From: Candidatus Udaeobacter sp.
GTDB lineage: Bacteria; Patescibacteriota; Patescibacteriia; Magasanikbacterales; GWA2-37-8
Length of the DNA: 64,000 nucleotides
Assembly (NCBI GenBank): GCA_035473115.1
Contig: DATION010000002.1
Location: 169,374-233,373 of the forward strand
Reading direction: 5' to 3'
Below the pieces are notes generated by a model, which was not told the origin of the DNA, ran no database searches, and saw nothing but the letters and a program-made list of their open reading frames with translations. The position numbers and the translations under genes are program-made. Position 1 is the stretch's first letter; each line of letters opens with the position of its first letter. Below are positions 60,013-64,000 of the stretch, piece by piece.

Positions 60013-60369
60013 ATGTCCACCAAAACTGTTACCGTTGTTCTCTCTACCATGGGCTGTCCCAAGACTGGCATGCCTGCAGGAATCGAAATTGGCCAATTTC
60101 AGACAACAACCAACAATAATGGGAGCCAATCTACAAGTAACTGGCCAGAAGGGTTTCCATCCAAAAGGACTGGCCGGCAAGTCATAGACAACTGCATCAT
60201 CTTCGCTGCTATGGCAGGCGTAGACCGATCAATTTTCGAGGCATGGCGTCCTATTCTTGAAGCTTGTGGCCTGCCCGAGCAATCGCAACACGATTCGGTC
60301 TTCGACGCCTATGCGCGACAGACACACTTCACACATATGGAGCACGTGTTCGCCAGTCCGGCGGCATGA
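60013..60369 (+). CDS. Orphan hypothetical protein (SD-led class, elevated GC)
   Basis: GAGGA SD; own promoter; structured UTRs; terminator near 60499-60537. Confidence 0.6.
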   Translation: MSTKTVTVVLSTMGCPKTGMPAGIEIGQFQTTTNNNGSQSTSNWPEGFPSKRTGRQVIDNCIIFAAMAGVDRSIFEAWRPILEACGLPEQSQHDSVFDAYARQTHFTHMEHVFASPAA

Positions 60370-60556
60370 ACCGATCTCACGCAAGCACGCAGAAGGTGAT
60401 GATGCGAGAATGAAGAAGCACTCGCCGTCCAACACCTTTTTACAAATAAAATTTGTTTGTAAAAAAGTGACGGTGAACTTCTTTATAAAAAATATAATAC
60501 AAAACATCTTTCTTGATTGAAAGATGTTTTGTTTTTTTTGGAAATTTTTTCGCCGA

Positions 60557-60592
60557 GCATTGTACAGGACGTTAAAACAATTTTTATGAATA
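60557..60592 (+). repeat. Left copy of imperfect 36-bp direct repeat
   Basis: 30/36 identical to 62964-62999. Confidence 0.6.
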
Positions 60593-60675
60593 TGAATTGG
60601 CATGTTTATATGCCGCACTTTACTCTTTAGTACTATTCAATATATATTTGCCGTGTTAAGTGGTATTTATTTTAT

Positions 60676-61191
60676 CTATTCAGCTTTACTATACACCTCT
60701 TTATTTTCAATAAAAAAATTAATTTCTGTAAGCAATAACAAAAATACATTATATAAAAAAGCATCAAAATAAGCTTTGTCTGAATCAGCAACCAGATCTC
60801 TTCCTAAGTACCTAATAACAAAATCTGTATAACTTTTACCGAACGGTCTACCAATACTATCAACATCATTTTCAGTAATTTGATAATCAATATCATGAGC
60901 TGATTTATTTCTTAACGCATTGAGCTTTTTAATACTAATTATTATGTTTTCAGGCAATATTCCAAATGAATCTACTAAATTTAATTTTTGTGAAAAAGTA
61001 ATATTATTATCAGTAATAACAAAACCTCTCTTTAAGTAACTTGTTATTATAAAATCAAGGTAATACTCAACTAACAAATGAAATCTCAGTGTGGTAGCTA
61101 ACCTCTTACTATTTTGAGTTTCTGTTAAAACTTTTATAATTCTCTTAAAAGCCTCGCTGTCTACATGTAACGATTTTTCTATATTTTTCAT
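60676..61191 (-). CDS. MtlR/HEPN-like helical protein
   Basis: HLLVEYYL, TFSQKL, LNALRNKSAH (Rx4H); start at MKNIEK. Confidence 0.65.
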   Translation of the reverse strand: MKNIEKSLHVDSEAFKRIIKVLTETQNSKRLATTLRFHLLVEYYLDFIITSYLKRGFVITDNNITFSQKLNLVDSFGILPENIIISIKKLNALRNKSAHDIDYQITENDVDSIGRPFGKSYTDFVIRYLGRDLVADSDKAYFDAFLYNVFLLLLTEINFFIENKEVYSKAE

Positions 61192-61332
61192 AATAATAAA
61201 AAAACTAACTTCACTTAACGTTGTGCATAACCAACCTTTGCCTCTACTAATACTATATATTACGACTGCGCAGGCCTTGTGGGATGCAATTGGCACTTAG
61301 TTGGCTAAGCTATGAATAATAAGCTTTTAATT

Positions 61333-62007
61333 TTATAAAGGATTGTCAAAAGAGTAAATATCGATATCAAATTTTCTTTTTTTGATTGTTTCGTCTAATC
61401 CTTTTGCTGTATTATATAAATGGCCACTAACATTCATATAAGGAGATAGATGGTTTTCCATACGCCATTTTTTATTCCTAATTTTTTTTAATCTACCTGG
61501 TTGCAATTCATAAACCATACCAATAAAACCAGCTACTAACTCTGCGAAGGCCGACATGTGCTTTACTTCTCCAAAAGAAATGAGGTCTTTATTTGGTAAA
61601 GCTGTATCTGTTGAATAAGATTCTAAATCAACATCATTCATAATAACTACATCACAACAAATATTCGATCTGTAAAGATTTTTATCTCTATGTGCTTTTG
61701 TAGAAACTCTAAGCTGATGCCTGATTTGATATTTCAAACCGTTTTTTTTACAAATAAAATAACTGTATTTTGAAGGCGCCCCTCTTGTTGAGAATTTTAA
61801 ATTAAATATTCTTCTTCCTTTCATTTTTGGATTAACTATCTGTACTAACCAACCATTATCTTTAAACCATTTAACAGTTTGCACAAAGGTATAGGCTTCA
61901 AAAGTTTGATTAACTTTATTACCAAAAGAATTTAAATTAGTCTTCTCGTCTTTAAAAAACTCTTTTAATCCTTGTTTTGCAAATTCTTGATCAAAATAAT
62001 AACCCAT
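61333..62007 (-). CDS. Putative PD-(D/E)xK restriction-endonuclease-like protein
   Basis: QTFEAY...CDVVI...GEVKH catalytic pattern; low GC. Confidence 0.55.
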   Translation of the reverse strand: MGYYFDQEFAKQGLKEFFKDEKTNLNSFGNKVNQTFEAYTFVQTVKWFKDNGWLVQIVNPKMKGRRIFNLKFSTRGAPSKYSYFICKKNGLKYQIRHQLRVSTKAHRDKNLYRSNICCDVVIMNDVDLESYSTDTALPNKDLISFGEVKHMSAFAELVAGFIGMVYELQPGRLKKIRNKKWRMENHLSPYMNVSGHLYNTAKGLDETIKKRKFDIDIYSFDNPL

Positions 62008-62011
62008 AACT

Positions 62012-62464
62012 TTATCCCCTTATTTCTTTATACTTTTCTAAAATTTCATAAATATACTTCGAATTTAGTACTAAATCTCTTGTTTTATTATCCAATAAAG
62101 CTAATAATCTTTGAGCTAGCCTATCCCCCAATACTACATTTTCATTTCTTTCCTCAAAAAAAGAACGCCCTAAATAAAATCCAGAAACATTAAATTCTTT
62201 TAATATATCAATGGTTTTTTTAGCCATTCTAGACCCTTCTGTAAAAAAATTATTTATAACAAATATAAAAACTAATAAAGTCGCTTCATCTGATATTGAC
62301 CTCATCATTTTATATTCATTTTTTCTTTCATTTAGCGTTTTAATTCTAGATAGAACTTTTCTTCTATAATCATTTGGAAATAAATTATCCCAAACATAAG
62401 AACTTAGAGAATTATATCTGATTATCAGATATCTTGGTGCGTTTTTTAAGGCTTCGTTAAACAT
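62012..62464 (-). CDS. Hypothetical protein in the nuclease operon
   Basis: 150-aa ORF with 4-8 nt gaps to neighbours. Confidence 0.65.
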   Translation of the reverse strand: MFNEALKNAPRYLIIRYNSLSSYVWDNLFPNDYRRKVLSRIKTLNERKNEYKMMRSISDEATLLVFIFVINNFFTEGSRMAKKTIDILKEFNVSGFYLGRSFFEERNENVVLGDRLAQRLLALLDNKTRDLVLNSKYIYEILEKYKEIRG

Positions 62465-62472
62465 AATTCTGT

Positions 62473-62910
62473 TTATTTCTTCCCTATCTCAGCACTTGCT
62501 TTTGCATGAAACACAAGAGCTTCATTACCTAGCCTATTTGAGAGTGGACAATAAATAAGCTCTATAGATTTAGGAAAGCGCATTTCACTACGTTTTTTAA
62601 ATTTTTCAAAAAATAATTTGTCGGTAAAAACAAGCAAACGTTTTTTTGCTTTTATCTGGGTAAGAAAAAGGATTTCGGTGTATGTTGCTTTTATTTTTCC
62701 ACCTTCTTGCCATGTATTTTTTCTAGCCACACTCGAACGAATCCCAGCAACTATCTCCCTGTCCTTTGAAACGGCGTCAAACCTGTGCAACCCACCCGGT
62801 TTAAGCTTTAGTTCAACCTCACCTATTTCAAATTCTTTTTGAAATTTATCAGCAAGCCATCCTCTAACATACGGCTCTATCTTATTTTTATAAAAATTTG
62901 TGTTTGCCAT
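62473..62910 (-). CDS. Putative PD-(D/E)xK-fold protein with degenerate ExK motif
   Basis: IEPYVR...HRFDAVS...VAGIRSS. Confidence 0.5.
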   Translation of the reverse strand: MANTNFYKNKIEPYVRGWLADKFQKEFEIGEVELKLKPGGLHRFDAVSKDREIVAGIRSSVARKNTWQEGGKIKATYTEILFLTQIKAKKRLLVFTDKLFFEKFKKRSEMRFPKSIELIYCPLSNRLGNEALVFHAKASAEIGKK

Positions 62911-62963
62911 ATATTTATATATTTAATACGGCAATTAATTACCCTCTTATACGTTTGTGCAAG

Positions 62964-62999
62964 GCATCATACAGAACGTTAGAACTATTTTTATCAATA
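62964..62999 (+). repeat. Right copy of imperfect 36-bp direct repeat
   Basis: GCATCATACAGAACGTTAGAACTATTTTTATCAATA. Confidence 0.6.
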
Positions 63000-63053
63000 C
63001 AAATCGGTATATTTATATACCAGGTTTTACCGCTTAGCTGTACTCTCTATAAT

Positions 63054-63962
63054 TTACTCCCGAAGCTTATCTGCTATTTCAGGATTTAAAACACTCTCTA
63101 AATCTTTCCATTCGATAATATATTCTACAAGTGGACTTACTGTAAATGGACTATCAATGGTCAATAATACCCCATTTTTAGTAAATAAAAATCTTTGAAA
63201 CCCGTCATCAAAAGCTTCGCCAAAATCTTGTTTAGTATATTTGTTTATTATCTCTGACATTTTAATTGAATAATCTTTTGTAAAGATATCATTGAGCAAT
63301 ATTTCTTTATTATTAACACTATCAAATACAATTGAATCAATTGACCAAGCGCCACCTTTTACGGTTCTTCGAGAAATTCCAGAAAATATCTGCATACTAA
63401 TTAAACCATTTTCTCTTATATATATTCTATAGTTAAAAGATATGTAACTCTTATCAGATAAGTTAAGGCTGTCCGCGTTAAAAGCCTCATAATCTTGTTT
63501 AGCGAAGTAAATATTTTTATCTGTTTCTTTCTGTATTATTTCTTTGATTTTATTATTTAAAAATAGCTCACTTTCTTTGTTGGAAAAACCGCTAAATACT
63601 GGAAAAGAGGTAGTTAATTGGTAGTTATACTTTGAGTTTTTTATAATTTTAGTCGAATCAGTAACTATTATTGTTGGATGAAAATTGATTATTGTGTTGA
63701 TATAAAGATTCCTATATAGTTTTACTAAGTCATTTAAACTTTCCTCCCTTGTTTGGGAATTTATAGTTGTGATTGTTGATGAGTTAGTATTTTGATTAAC
63801 TGCTGGTGTTGATGAAATTGAATTTGTTGTAGAAATATTGTTTGTTGCTGAAGAAATATTTTTTGCTAATTTTTGTTTAATTAAAAATTTTTTAAAAAAT
63901 AATCCACCACCAATGAATAATAAGATCATTAAACTTGCTAATAAAAACAGTCTTGGTTTCAT
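63054..63962 (-). CDS. Membrane-anchored DUF4163/DUF3298 (RsiV/PdaC-like) protein
   Basis: TM plus Ser/Thr/Asn linker; FPVF...LNNKIK, ILLNDIF, FLFTKNGV patterns. Confidence 0.65.
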   Translation of the reverse strand: MKPRLFLLASLMILLFIGGGLFFKKFLIKQKLAKNISSATNNISTTNSISSTPAVNQNTNSSTITTINSQTREESLNDLVKLYRNLYINTIINFHPTIIVTDSTKIIKNSKYNYQLTTSFPVFSGFSNKESELFLNNKIKEIIQKETDKNIYFAKQDYEAFNADSLNLSDKSYISFNYRIYIRENGLISMQIFSGISRRTVKGGAWSIDSIVFDSVNNKEILLNDIFTKDYSIKMSEIINKYTKQDFGEAFDDGFQRFLFTKNGVLLTIDSPFTVSPLVEYIIEWKDLESVLNPEIADKLRE

Positions 63963-64000
63963 ATTTAAAATTAATGAAATGAATTGATATTTAATTTAAG

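Overview
This is an AT-rich (roughly 35-40% GC by eye), genetic-code-11 bacterial chromosome segment. Gene content and style point to Patescibacteria/CPR, probably Parcubacteria-like (inference). Housekeeping genes include smpB-tmRNA-infC-rpmI-rplT, ppsA, ligA, pilD/pilin/pilM, cysS, corA, a VirD4/TrwB-like ATPase, dnaX, folD, secF/secD/secA, tdk, msrA, a DEAD-box helicase, tRNA-Asp and tRNA-Gln. Most of them lack a Shine-Dalgarno (SD) site and many look leaderless. Scattered singly among them are about 13 orphan genes with a different design: usually their own near-consensus sigma70 promoter, a strong AGGAG/GGAGG SD, structured UTRs, often much higher GC, and products such as lipoproteins and an outer-membrane-barrel-like protein. 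One of these carries a type III hammerhead ribozyme in its 3' UTR, and two share a covarying 5' UTR hairpin. Also present are a promoter-driven hairpin RNA with an anti-SD loop, an FMN riboswitch variant with two extra hairpins, four short palindromic repeat families (two inserted in-frame in dnaX, secA and a methyltransferase), and a direct-repeat-flanked low-GC nuclease island. All calls come from reading the sequence; no database searches were run.
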